Assembly (NCBI GenBank): GCA_013204025.1
Contig: JABMOW010000126.1
Coordinates: 4,399 to 68,398 of the forward strand
Reading direction: 5' to 3'
DNA length: 64,000 nucleotides
From: Fidelibacterota bacterium
GTDB taxonomy: Bacteria > Fidelibacterota > Marinisomatia > SCGC-AAA003-L08 > JACNLC01
The position numbers were made by a program, and so were the translations under genes. The notes under the pieces are model-generated. The model was given only the letters and a program-made list of their open reading frames with translations. It had not been told where the DNA came from and did not search any database. The stretch's first letter is position 1. Every line of letters starts with the position of its first letter. Shown in pieces: positions 19,980 to 29,058 of this stretch.

Positions 19980-20732
19980 TTATTTGCGTATCCAATGTTG
20001 AATCATTGCACCATTAAGAATAAATAGACACGCTGAAAGGACCAATGTTAGCACTGCTCCTGAAAACATGACCTCTGAGTATAAAATGAGATGTTGCACA
20101 GCACTGATCTCCATGACAATCGGAACGATCATAAACATACTCTGCAAGGAATGCGGGAAATAGGTTAAAGGAATAAAGCTGCCTGAACATGACAAAAATG
20201 CAATGATGATCACCATATTTACCAGCATTGCAGAAAACAATCTTCTCACCCACGAACCAACAAATGTCCCTAATACGGCTCCAAAAACCACAGAAGGAAA
20301 AATCAGAACCAATAAGGTCGCCCATTTGATCACCGAATAGAGTTCTCCATTGATAATTCCAATTAATAAAAGGGAAACGATCAACTGCACCGAGCCAATG
20401 AGGATACTCCATACCGTCTGACCGGTCAACCATGTCCAGCATGATACAGGGGCTTTCAGGTAGATAGTTAATAATCCACTTGTCTGCCGAAGGTGATGCA
20501 TCGCAATAAAAGCAGTCAGATAGGACATAAGAAATCCAGAGGAAACCCAAATACCGGGCGCTGCCCAATGCAGATAATTTAATTGATTAACGTTTGCAAT
20601 TACTTTATAGAGGGATAATCCAAACACCATATACAAAATGATGGGTAACAGCACTAAAAAAATGAACCAAGATAATAAATGTCGTCGAAGTCCGTACCAT
20701 TGTCGCTTAATAATAACAATAACAGCACTCAT
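19980..20732 (-). CDS. ABC-2 type transporter permease
   Basis: 250-aa ORF with six predicted TM helices. It overlaps the upstream ABC ATPase gene by 4 nt. Confidence 0.8.
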   Translation of the reverse strand: MSAVIVIIKRQWYGLRRHLLSWFIFLVLLPIILYMVFGLSLYKVIANVNQLNYLHWAAPGIWVSSGFLMSYLTAFIAMHHLRQTSGLLTIYLKAPVSCWTWLTGQTVWSILIGSVQLIVSLLLIGIINGELYSVIKWATLLVLIFPSVVFGAVLGTFVGSWVRRLFSAMLVNMVIIIAFLSCSGSFIPLTYFPHSLQSMFMIVPIVMEISAVQHLILYSEVMFSGAVLTLVLSACLFILNGAMIQHWIRK

Positions 20733-21655
20733 TCAAGACCTCCGTCGGTGAGACCGGTAAACAGATCTCGTAATTGGCACATTGAAGTATCGATGTCCTG
20801 TAACCCGTATTTGAGAGCGATTTGAAGAACATTGAAGAATTGTTGCCTTTCACGTGAATAAAATTCCAGATCCTTACCATTGAGCGATGGACGAACCACC
20901 TTGGGAAAATCTTTCAGCTCATCCATCAATTTATCAGGAGGAGTTTCCAGGAATGTCAAATGGTAACGGGTAAGACCGTGCGTCGTTTCAATAAGCCTGT
21001 CCAAAGTACCATTCATCTTAATATTTCCATGGTGCAGGATGGCGATTCGATCCGAAAATCGTTCAGCTTCTTCGAAATTTTGGGTCACAAAAAGAATCGT
21101 TTTCTTATTGCGATAACCATCCAGTATCTTCCAGATTGTCGCTCGGCTTACAGGATCCAAACCCGTTGTAGGTTCATCAAGCAGGATCACCTCTGGGTCG
21201 TGAATTAATGCCCGGGCAAAACAAATTTTCCGCTGTGTTCCAAATGACAACGTTTGTGGCATTTCCATTAGTACAGATTTGAAATGTAATTTTTCTGACC
21301 ATAGAATGGCTTTTTGTTTTGCCATTTGTGATGATAGACCGTGTAGTTGGGCATATACTGTCAGATTTTCAAAAATATTCAGTTCCTCGTCCAAATTACT
21401 GATTTGAGGAAGATATCCTGTAATTGATCGTGTTTCCTTCCATCGGGTTTCGATATCCTTACCGTGGATGTACGCTGTCCCTGCGTTACGTTCAATTAGT
21501 CCTACGAGAATTTTGAGCAATGTGGATTTCCCCGAACCGCTCTCACCGATAATGACAAAAGTCGTTCCTTTTTCCACGCCAAAAGACAAATCAGCAAGAA
21601 CAATATTGGATTTGTATTTTTTAGCAACCGCTTTAAGTGTAATTGATGCTTCCAT
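20729..21655 (-). CDS. ABC transporter ATP-binding protein
   Basis: 308-aa ORF with Walker A (GESGSGKST), an ABC signature (LSFGTQRK) and Walker B (ILLDEPTTGLD). Confidence 0.92.
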   Translation of the reverse strand: MEASITLKAVAKKYKSNIVLADLSFGVEKGTTFVIIGESGSGKSTLLKILVGLIERNAGTAYIHGKDIETRWKETRSITGYLPQISNLDEELNIFENLTVYAQLHGLSSQMAKQKAILWSEKLHFKSVLMEMPQTLSFGTQRKICFARALIHDPEVILLDEPTTGLDPVSRATIWKILDGYRNKKTILFVTQNFEEAERFSDRIAILHHGNIKMNGTLDRLIETTHGLTRYHLTFLETPPDKLMDELKDFPKVVRPSLNGKDLEFYSRERQQFFNVLQIALKYGLQDIDTSMCQLRDLFTGLTDGGLE

Positions 21656-21675
21656 TGATTCTTTATAAAAATATT

Positions 21676-24393
21676 TTAATGAGCGTCATACCAAGTTTCA
21701 CCGATCCCTGCCGTCACTTTTAATGGTACTTTCAACTGAACGGCATTTTCCATTTCATTTACTACCATTTCGGACATGATCTCCAATTCATCCTCTGGGA
21801 CTTCAAATAATAGTTCGTCATGAACCTGAAGAATCATTTTACTTTTCAAATTTTGTGAGATCAGTTTATCATGGATTCTGCACATGGCGATCTTTATGAT
21901 CTCTGCTGCCGTCCCCTGGATGGGCATATTGATGGCGGCACGTTCCTCTGCCTGAACCAACTGAACCCGTTCAGAGGTGAGATTTTTGGTATATCGTTTT
22001 CGTCCAAACAATGTTTCCACATATCCGGTTTGACGAGCTGTTTCGAGTAATTCGTCGATGAATTTTTGAATGCCGGGGTATGTTGCAAAGTACGATGAGA
22101 TTAATGTCTTGGCATCAATCATCGATATGTTTAATTCCTGTGACATCCGATAGGGTCCTGCGCCATACATGATACCAAAATTCACAACTTTAGCTTGTCT
22201 CCGTTGATCTTCAGTGATAGCATCGAGTGGAACACCGAAAACGGTAGATGCTGTCCGGGCATGAATATCTTCATCGTTTTGGAATGCATCAATCAATTGA
22301 GGTTCGCCGCAAAAATGAGCCATCACTCGCAATTCGATCTGGGAATAGTCTGCGGATAGTATTTTCCACGTTGGATCTGATGCACGAAATGCTTTTCGAA
22401 CTTCCTTCCCTAACTCCGTACGGATGGGGATATTTTGAAAATTCGGTCGTGTGGAGGACAATCTTCCAGTGGCGGCAATGGTCTGGTTCAACGACGTATG
22501 GACTCTCCCGGTAGCTGGGTTTACGTATCCAGGAAATGCATCCGTATAAGTAGATACTAATTTTTTCAAATGTCGGTAATCTAAAATCAATCCGGGTAAT
22601 GGATGGTGATGCTTCAATACTTCCAGCACATTCACATCAGTACTGCGCTTACGAACCGTTTTTAAATTAAGCTGATCAAATAATATTTCAGCTAATTGTT
22701 GAGTGGAATTAATATTGAATTCGTTATCAGCCATCTGATATATCCGACTCTCAAGGTCTTTGATGTCTCCATTAATCCGAAGTGAAAGTTCCTCCAGAAA
22801 ATTCAAATCAAGATAAACTCCATTTCTTTCAATCTGGATGAGAACAGGGATTAACGGCATTTCAATTGTTTTAAATACGTTGAATAAATCTTTTTCCTGC
22901 AAGTTATCGGTAAATACCTGCATCAGTTGAAATGCCACATCTGCATCTTCAACCGCATAAAATGAAATTTCCTTTAACGGAACATCAGCCATCGAAATCT
23001 GATTTTTCCCATTACCAATCAAATCTGTAATAGGTACCATTCGGTATTTGAGGAATTCAAGAGACAGATAATCAATTTTAAATCGACTGGATTCAGGGTG
23101 GATGAGATGTGCTGCTACCATTGTGTCAAATTCAATACCATTCAGTTCGATGCCATATCTCGAAAGGACTAACGCATCATATTTTATGTTCTGACCGCAG
23201 AATTTTACCTGATTGTCTTCGAACATTGGTCGAAGTTCCTGAAGGATCAAATTTAGAGAAAATTCATCGAATAAAGATTGATTTTCCTTTTCTGGATATT
23301 CTACCGGGATGTACCAACCGGTGTGTGCTTTCGTGGAAAATGACATGCCGACAATGGATGCTTCCAGAGCATTTTTGGATGTAGTTTCAAGATCGAATGA
23401 AATAATGGGTGCTTTGGTCAAATCAGCGATTAATTGTCGCACACCGATAATTGTGGTAACCGTCTTGTACGATTTAGGGATGTCATCAATTTTCGTTTCT
23501 TCCTGAACGGTCACTGATTCAATTTGAGGAATTAAAGAACGCAACTCCCAATCCATACACAAATCAATCAGCTTGGGTACATCCATGGGTTGGCGTTTCA
23601 ATTCATTTACGTGAAGTTCAACTGGGACTTGAAGTTCAATCGTTGCCAGCTCTTTCGACAGGTGCAATAGGTCTTTTGAGTTTATCAATCCATTATGCAT
23701 GCGCTTATTTGCGATATTATCTACGTTTTTCAATATTTCATCAAGAGTACCATATTCATTCAATAACTTGGCAGCCCCTACCTTCCCTATGCCATCAACA
23801 CCGGGAATATTGTCTGAAGAATCTCCAAGGAGTGTTAAAAAATCAACAATTTGTTCTGGTTCAACCCCCCATTTATTTTTAACGCCAGAGCGATCATAAA
23901 TGGTAATCGGGGCAAATCTTGATGCGGGAGTATAAATAAAGGTAGTTTCTGTCACCAATTGCATCATGTCTTTGTCGCTCGTGACAATATGGGTAGTATA
24001 TCCCACATGATCTGCTTGTTTGGCAAGCGTTCCCAAAATATCATCCGCTTCGTAACCGGGCATAGCGATGACTGGAATGTTCGTAGCTCTGATGATTTCA
24101 TAAAGAGGCTCGATCTGTTCGATCAGTTCTTCGGGCATCCGTTCACGTGTGGCTTTATAGTCAGTGTACAATTTATGCCTAAAAGTAGGTTCTTTACTGT
24201 CCATCACGACGGCAAGATAGTCAGGGTTTTTATCCCGGATAAGTTTGAATAACATATTCATAAACCCGAAGATCGCTGACGTATGACGACCATCCTTGGT
24301 GATCATAGGGTTTTTAATCATCGCAAAATGAGAGCGGTACACCTGGGCCATACCATCAATTAAAAATAGACTCTGATTTGTTTTATTTGGCAT
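21676..24393 (-). CDS. polA: DNA polymerase I
   Basis: 905-aa ORF with a 5'-3' exonuclease N-terminus, a 3'-5' exonuclease domain and a family-A polymerase domain. Polymerase motifs include DYSQIELRV, KxxNFGxxYG and QVHDELLFEVP. Confidence 0.97.
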   Translation of the reverse strand: MPNKTNQSLFLIDGMAQVYRSHFAMIKNPMITKDGRHTSAIFGFMNMLFKLIRDKNPDYLAVVMDSKEPTFRHKLYTDYKATRERMPEELIEQIEPLYEIIRATNIPVIAMPGYEADDILGTLAKQADHVGYTTHIVTSDKDMMQLVTETTFIYTPASRFAPITIYDRSGVKNKWGVEPEQIVDFLTLLGDSSDNIPGVDGIGKVGAAKLLNEYGTLDEILKNVDNIANKRMHNGLINSKDLLHLSKELATIELQVPVELHVNELKRQPMDVPKLIDLCMDWELRSLIPQIESVTVQEETKIDDIPKSYKTVTTIIGVRQLIADLTKAPIISFDLETTSKNALEASIVGMSFSTKAHTGWYIPVEYPEKENQSLFDEFSLNLILQELRPMFEDNQVKFCGQNIKYDALVLSRYGIELNGIEFDTMVAAHLIHPESSRFKIDYLSLEFLKYRMVPITDLIGNGKNQISMADVPLKEISFYAVEDADVAFQLMQVFTDNLQEKDLFNVFKTIEMPLIPVLIQIERNGVYLDLNFLEELSLRINGDIKDLESRIYQMADNEFNINSTQQLAEILFDQLNLKTVRKRSTDVNVLEVLKHHHPLPGLILDYRHLKKLVSTYTDAFPGYVNPATGRVHTSLNQTIAATGRLSSTRPNFQNIPIRTELGKEVRKAFRASDPTWKILSADYSQIELRVMAHFCGEPQLIDAFQNDEDIHARTASTVFGVPLDAITEDQRRQAKVVNFGIMYGAGPYRMSQELNISMIDAKTLISSYFATYPGIQKFIDELLETARQTGYVETLFGRKRYTKNLTSERVQLVQAEERAAINMPIQGTAAEIIKIAMCRIHDKLISQNLKSKMILQVHDELLFEVPEDELEIMSEMVVNEMENAVQLKVPLKVTAGIGETWYDAH

Positions 24394-24549
24394 ATTTAAA
24401 TGGGATTTTATTAAGAATTCTCTTCATACAAAGAGAGAAATTTACTTCTGATATTGAGGGAGTTTCCATAACGAAAAATATAATTATTCAGTGAGCGGAA
24501 AAGGAGAATGCCACGGGATTCAAATGTGCAAGTAGGTATGAATATGAAA

Positions 24550-24571
24550 CAGGGAGCCCGAAAGCTCCCTG
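24550..24571 (-). terminator. Putative rho-independent terminator after the large T9SS cargo gene
   Basis: An 8-bp GC-rich stem (CAGGGAGC / GCTCCCTG) encloses a 6-nt loop. On the minus strand it is followed by a T-rich tail (TTTCATATTC). Confidence 0.6.
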
Positions 24572-24604
24572 AATGTGTATAAGTTTTGAAAGTTGTTCTA
24601 TGGT

Positions 24605-27600
24605 TTACTTCACCAGCATCACCTTTTGGGTTTGGGTGAAGTCGTCTGATGTCATCTTAACGAAATAGGCGCCTGATGCATAAGATGTAGCATCCCATTT
24701 AACAGAATGGTATCCCGCATTCTCGACTGCATTAACCAGTTGAGTTACTTCTCTACCCATCATGTCGTAGATTATGATCTTCACATCACCGGTTTCAGGA
24801 AGATCATATTTGATGGTAGTCACCGGATTGAAGGGATTGGGAAAAGCGGAATGTAATGCATAGTTTTCAGGAATACCCAGTAATGTATTTGTCCCGTCTT
24901 CAACTAATCGGACAAATTCTTCAATCTCGACACTATGAGATTCAAGATAAGTACTTCCATCCGCAGTAACAAGTAATTCAGATACTGATCCAGCAGATGG
25001 GTCGAAATTATTGCGAGATAGTCCCACGTAGATAAGACCTATTTCAAGAATTTTTCCATTCCCAATTGGGTAACTTTCACCATTCATACCGTATGAAAGA
25101 AATTTTACAACTGTACTATCGGCTGAAATTGAACAAGGAAGTGTCATGCCAGCATTAGTAGTATAGTCTCCTGGTGTAGCGTTGACTGCCTTATATCCTT
25201 GGTTAATGTCAATTTGCATTTGCATACCTGCAACTTCAACATCTGTTAACATTAATACATCCATGACGTAAGGAGGATTTCCTCCCTGTTTAATTATTTT
25301 GGTGACAACGGTCACTCCATTTGGTCCACCACTAGGTAAATCTTCTGATAAGATTATCATTACAAGTGTTACAATGTCAAGAACATCTATCGTCCCACTT
25401 TGGTTCAGATCGGCATTTTGAAATTGATAATCTGTCAATGTGCCTGTACCAAGAATAAATTGAACCATTGCAACCACATCTAATACGTCGATGTATTCAT
25501 CCATGTTTACATCACCACTTGCTAAAAATTGGGGGAAATAAAATGCACCCATATCTGCGATAGTATCATCGAGATCAATTATTGAATCAGGATTACCTGT
25601 GTCTATGCAAGGGCTATTCCACTCAAGTGTATATTGGAAATTAGACGGATCAGTGAATAATGGATTAGAGTCAATAACTCCAATATTCCCCATCACAGAA
25701 CCACCACCAGGATTACCAATACTTTCTATCCCACCACCTAATAACGAATAATTTAAATTTAGAGAAGAATTTGTCATACCAAATACAATTTCATTTTGAC
25801 CATATTGACTATTACCGAAGATAATTGTATTTAAAAGATTAATATCTGATCCGTCTTTAATATAAATTCCAGCTCCATCTGGGCTGTTATTATTAGTAAT
25901 GGTTACTTTTTCTATGCCCGCTTGGCAATGATTTGTATATATACCACCACCATCATCCGTGGCATCATTTTCTGCTATTATAGTATTAGTTGCTATTATT
26001 TCAGAGTTGCCCCGGCAATATATTCCACCACCATCATCACCTGCTGTATTGTTTTTGACTACAACATTGTTCAATGTAATCGTTGAATTTGATGCTAGGT
26101 AGATACCTCCACCGTCACGATCTACAATATTATTAGTAATAACTGTGTTTTCAATAGTTGGTTTTGCATCATATTCACAATAAATACCACCTCCATAGTC
26201 TGGGTAAGTATTATTTTCAATTACAAGGTTTTTTAGAATTGGATTTGAGTTATTTAAACAAGAAATTCCACCGCCATAATAATAATAGTTACCACCTGCT
26301 GGGTTTAAATAATTCCCTCGCCCACCAGTTAATGTTAATCCTGCGAGGTATTGTTCTGCACCTTGAGTTGAAAAGGTCACTACACTTCCTGATAAACCAG
26401 TCCCATTGATTATTGTATTTTCGATATGACTAGGATTCTGGTCCACTAGAAATTGTGAACCGAGGTAAACATTTTTATCATTAAATTCAATAGTTTCGTT
26501 GTACGATCCAGGTTCAAGTATTATAACTTTTCTCAAATCAGTATAATTTATTGCTTCCTGAATTGTGGAGTAATCAGTTGGAATAAATGCTGGCTGTGCG
26601 ATCTGATAATTAGCCGTTACACTTGCTCCAGGATCTTTGAATACTACATCGGTAATGTTGTTTACTGTAGGCTGATCTTCACCATTTCCAAAATCTGCAC
26701 CATTGGCTGCTGACCAATTGGTAAATTCATAAATATCGCCTTCTGGTGAAGTGTAAAAATTGGGTGCTTTAAGTTGATAAATGGGATAATCCTCATAAAA
26801 ATATTCATTCTGGTCAAGAAACACTTGAACATTTCCTGAACCATCGTCCTGTTCACTCAGTGGTCTAAACTGATCGGGTTGAATCCATTCCGAAGGGTTC
26901 AATAGATACCAGGGATCGTGAAATTGGAGAGAAACGGGAGCGGAAGTGGTGATGGCGATTTGATCCTGCGAATCATACCAGGCAGTGATTTCTGACCAGC
27001 CTTCCATCTGGAAATTTTCCCATTTCAGTTTGAATATTGTCGGATCGTCCCACATGATATGTGCCTCTGCGCCAGTTATATTGTTATGTGTTATCGCGGA
27101 ATAATTATCATCCAGTTTTACTAATACGGAAGTACCGGATACTTGGTTTTCCTGGTTCAGTACGGGTCTGTCATTATTGATCAAACTTAATGTTCCATCA
27201 AGATTGCTTATGGGATTCCCTAATTGTCTATTGGCAACAACAAGAAAATATGGTATAGATAAATAGATAACGATTTTATCATTAGTAACGTATAGATCCG
27301 GGTCGGTTGTGACATATAAATTTGTCACATCGGGGAATAAATTTGCATAAGGTCCTATCTGAATGTCCCTCAGTGGAATATCAAGATTTTCAAGAATCAA
27401 TATCAATTTAAGACCGATTAAGGCTGGCAGAAGATCAGCCCATCCGGAGACGTTATCTATATTAGCAACCAGATCATTAAAAGAGAGTGAAAATCCTGCG
27501 CCCTCTGAACTTTGAACTAATGAAATATTTCCTGTGATTAAACCATTAAATGTTGCTCCAGCATCTAACGGTACTATTTGAATTACAGTTCCACTACCTT

Positions 27601-27877
27601 TTGCACTAACTGAAAAAGATAATGCAAAATTATTAGCATTAGTCTCTTCGTCAAGTAAATCTATTGATATGCTTGTGATGTCAGCAGTCCATATATATTG
27701 CACAGGACCGTCTACGTCATAGCCTCCTGAATGAAATATTTTTGAATGCTTTAACATATCAATTGTACTTTGAAGACTTGTTTCATCGATCACCAATCCA
27801 ACTGATTCTTGAGAAAATATGTAAGATAAAGCTACTATTAGTAATAAAATGTTTAAGGTTCGTTTTAATATTTTCAT
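24605..27877 (-). CDS. Large secreted surface protein: N-terminal unknown region + parallel beta-helix (PbH1/Pmp-like GGGIY repeats) + dockerin-like module + cohesin-like domain + T9SS C-terminal sorting domain
   Basis: 1090-aa ORF with a signal peptide. Beta-helix repeats span aa ~432-745 (NNTxxDxGGGIY, repeated at least 5 times). The dockerin lies at aa 787-846 (nt 25340-25519: GDVNMDEYIDVLDVVAMVQFILG / ADLNQSGTIDVLDIVTLVMIIL). A beta-rich cohesin-like segment occupies aa ~855-975 (EVAGMQMQIDI). The Por_Secre_tail-type CTD covers aa ~1008-1090 (FPNPFNPVTTIKYDLP...YFVKM...QKVMLVK). Confidence 0.85.
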   Translation of the reverse strand: MKILKRTLNILLLIVALSYIFSQESVGLVIDETSLQSTIDMLKHSKIFHSGGYDVDGPVQYIWTADITSISIDLLDEETNANNFALSFSVSAKGSGTVIQIVPLDAGATFNGLITGNISLVQSSEGAGFSLSFNDLVANIDNVSGWADLLPALIGLKLILILENLDIPLRDIQIGPYANLFPDVTNLYVTTDPDLYVTNDKIVIYLSIPYFLVVANRQLGNPISNLDGTLSLINNDRPVLNQENQVSGTSVLVKLDDNYSAITHNNITGAEAHIMWDDPTIFKLKWENFQMEGWSEITAWYDSQDQIAITTSAPVSLQFHDPWYLLNPSEWIQPDQFRPLSEQDDGSGNVQVFLDQNEYFYEDYPIYQLKAPNFYTSPEGDIYEFTNWSAANGADFGNGEDQPTVNNITDVVFKDPGASVTANYQIAQPAFIPTDYSTIQEAINYTDLRKVIILEPGSYNETIEFNDKNVYLGSQFLVDQNPSHIENTIINGTGLSGSVVTFSTQGAEQYLAGLTLTGGRGNYLNPAGGNYYYYGGGISCLNNSNPILKNLVIENNTYPDYGGGIYCEYDAKPTIENTVITNNIVDRDGGGIYLASNSTITLNNVVVKNNTAGDDGGGIYCRGNSEIIATNTIIAENDATDDGGGIYTNHCQAGIEKVTITNNNSPDGAGIYIKDGSDINLLNTIIFGNSQYGQNEIVFGMTNSSLNLNYSLLGGGIESIGNPGGGSVMGNIGVIDSNPLFTDPSNFQYTLEWNSPCIDTGNPDSIIDLDDTIADMGAFYFPQFLASGDVNMDEYIDVLDVVAMVQFILGTGTLTDYQFQNADLNQSGTIDVLDIVTLVMIILSEDLPSGGPNGVTVVTKIIKQGGNPPYVMDVLMLTDVEVAGMQMQIDINQGYKAVNATPGDYTTNAGMTLPCSISADSTVVKFLSYGMNGESYPIGNGKILEIGLIYVGLSRNNFDPSAGSVSELLVTADGSTYLESHSVEIEEFVRLVEDGTNTLLGIPENYALHSAFPNPFNPVTTIKYDLPETGDVKIIIYDMMGREVTQLVNAVENAGYHSVKWDATSYASGAYFVKMTSDDFTQTQKVMLVK

Positions 27878-27892
27878 TTTGTTCTCCTGTTT

Positions 27893-28834
27893 TTAAAATA
27901 ATGCTTGATCAGTGGCCATCACTGCCCAGCCATTCGTTGGGAATTCAAGGAAATACAGATGGAACTCAGCCCGGCCTAATAATCCATTTTCATTCTCAAA
28001 ATAAGCAACAATATAAATTATATTGTTCGTAGAAATATTCCCCGGTCCATAAACGTTGCCCACTGCAGAATAAATATAATCAGTCCCTTCTGATTGTGGT
28101 ATATTCATATCATATTCATTTTCATACATTTCTGCACCCAATAAAATGTATGATCTTAACCTGGTAACAGTCATTTCAGCATTTGCATAGAACTTATACT
28201 GGAACTGATTGCTATTTACTTTACGGACCTTGCACCGCACCCAGGGCACCGAAGCTTCAAAATTAAAAACCAGATTTATTCTTACTTTATCATCAAGATA
28301 TTCAAAGAACGAAATCCCAAAATTTTGAATATCAATATCATAGTATGTCGGTAGCTGCTCATTCAACAAATCGATTAAGGCATTGGGATACGCCAGAAGA
28401 TCAAGAGCTTCAAATTCATTTATCAATAAATCTTTGATCCATTGAGGGATATTTTCAGTATTCTGAATTATATTCGGGACATTTTCCAGATCAGCTATAA
28501 TTCCCTGAATTGATATATCAACCGTATTGAAGCTTATTGGGAATGTATAGTCATAAGTAAAAGTGATGATCTGTCCCGCTGATTCATATTCAATAGTCAC
28601 ACCGATTGTGGCAGTAGCCAAGCCCTGAGTAAAGGTGACATGCGGGGTATTTATTTCACCACTGATAAAATCCCCTATGCTCGCCTGAATTGGATGTGGA
28701 AACAGTTGCGTTTCTATGCAAGCATTCACAGCTTCTTCAGTGATATCTATGTGCATATTGACATCGAATTCTTGCGGATCTGCAAGTAGAAACGTAGCCA
28801 ATAATGCTATTAGAAGTAGTTTATTGTTTTTCAT
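27893..28834 (-). CDS. Secreted hypothetical protein
   Basis: I trimmed the ORF to the internal ATG at 28834 (MKNNKLLLIALLATFLLA, a signal peptide), which is preceded by GGAAG. The gene ends 15 nt before the start of the large T9SS cargo gene. I recognise no family. Confidence 0.6.
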   Translation of the reverse strand: MKNNKLLLIALLATFLLADPQEFDVNMHIDITEEAVNACIETQLFPHPIQASIGDFISGEINTPHVTFTQGLATATIGVTIEYESAGQIITFTYDYTFPISFNTVDISIQGIIADLENVPNIIQNTENIPQWIKDLLINEFEALDLLAYPNALIDLLNEQLPTYYDIDIQNFGISFFEYLDDKVRINLVFNFEASVPWVRCKVRKVNSNQFQYKFYANAEMTVTRLRSYILLGAEMYENEYDMNIPQSEGTDYIYSAVGNVYGPGNISTNNIIYIVAYFENENGLLGRAEFHLYFLEFPTNGWAVMATDQALF

Positions 28835-29058
28835 TTTCTTCCTTTCGTGTTTGTTTATTGTCTCATGCAGATCAACAGTTTTAATTTTAAAGAGGAAAAT
28901 ACCTATCTTGCTGTTGGTTTGCTTACCACATGATAACGAGTATTCCGTCAGCATGTGGTTTTTCCGTCTTGTCCCGGTGGTAATTGCCAGAAAACTCTCA
29001 CCATCGGGACCCCTTCTTTATCAATTATAACAATTGATAAAATTTTATTATAGTTAAC

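Noticed and set aside
20014-20568. 184-aa same-strand alternative-frame ORF inside the ABC-2 permease gene
   Set aside because: The permease frame gives six clean TM helices and overlaps the ATPase gene by 4 nt. The alternative frame gives a Cys/Trp-rich sequence with no features.
28835-28954. 40-codon N-terminal extension of the 27893 ORF, and likewise the 18-codon extension of uvrB (43123-43176)
   Set aside because: The internal ATGs give a canonical signal peptide with an RBS in the first case and a canonical UvrB N-terminus in the second. The extensions look like non-coding read-through of the ORF caller.
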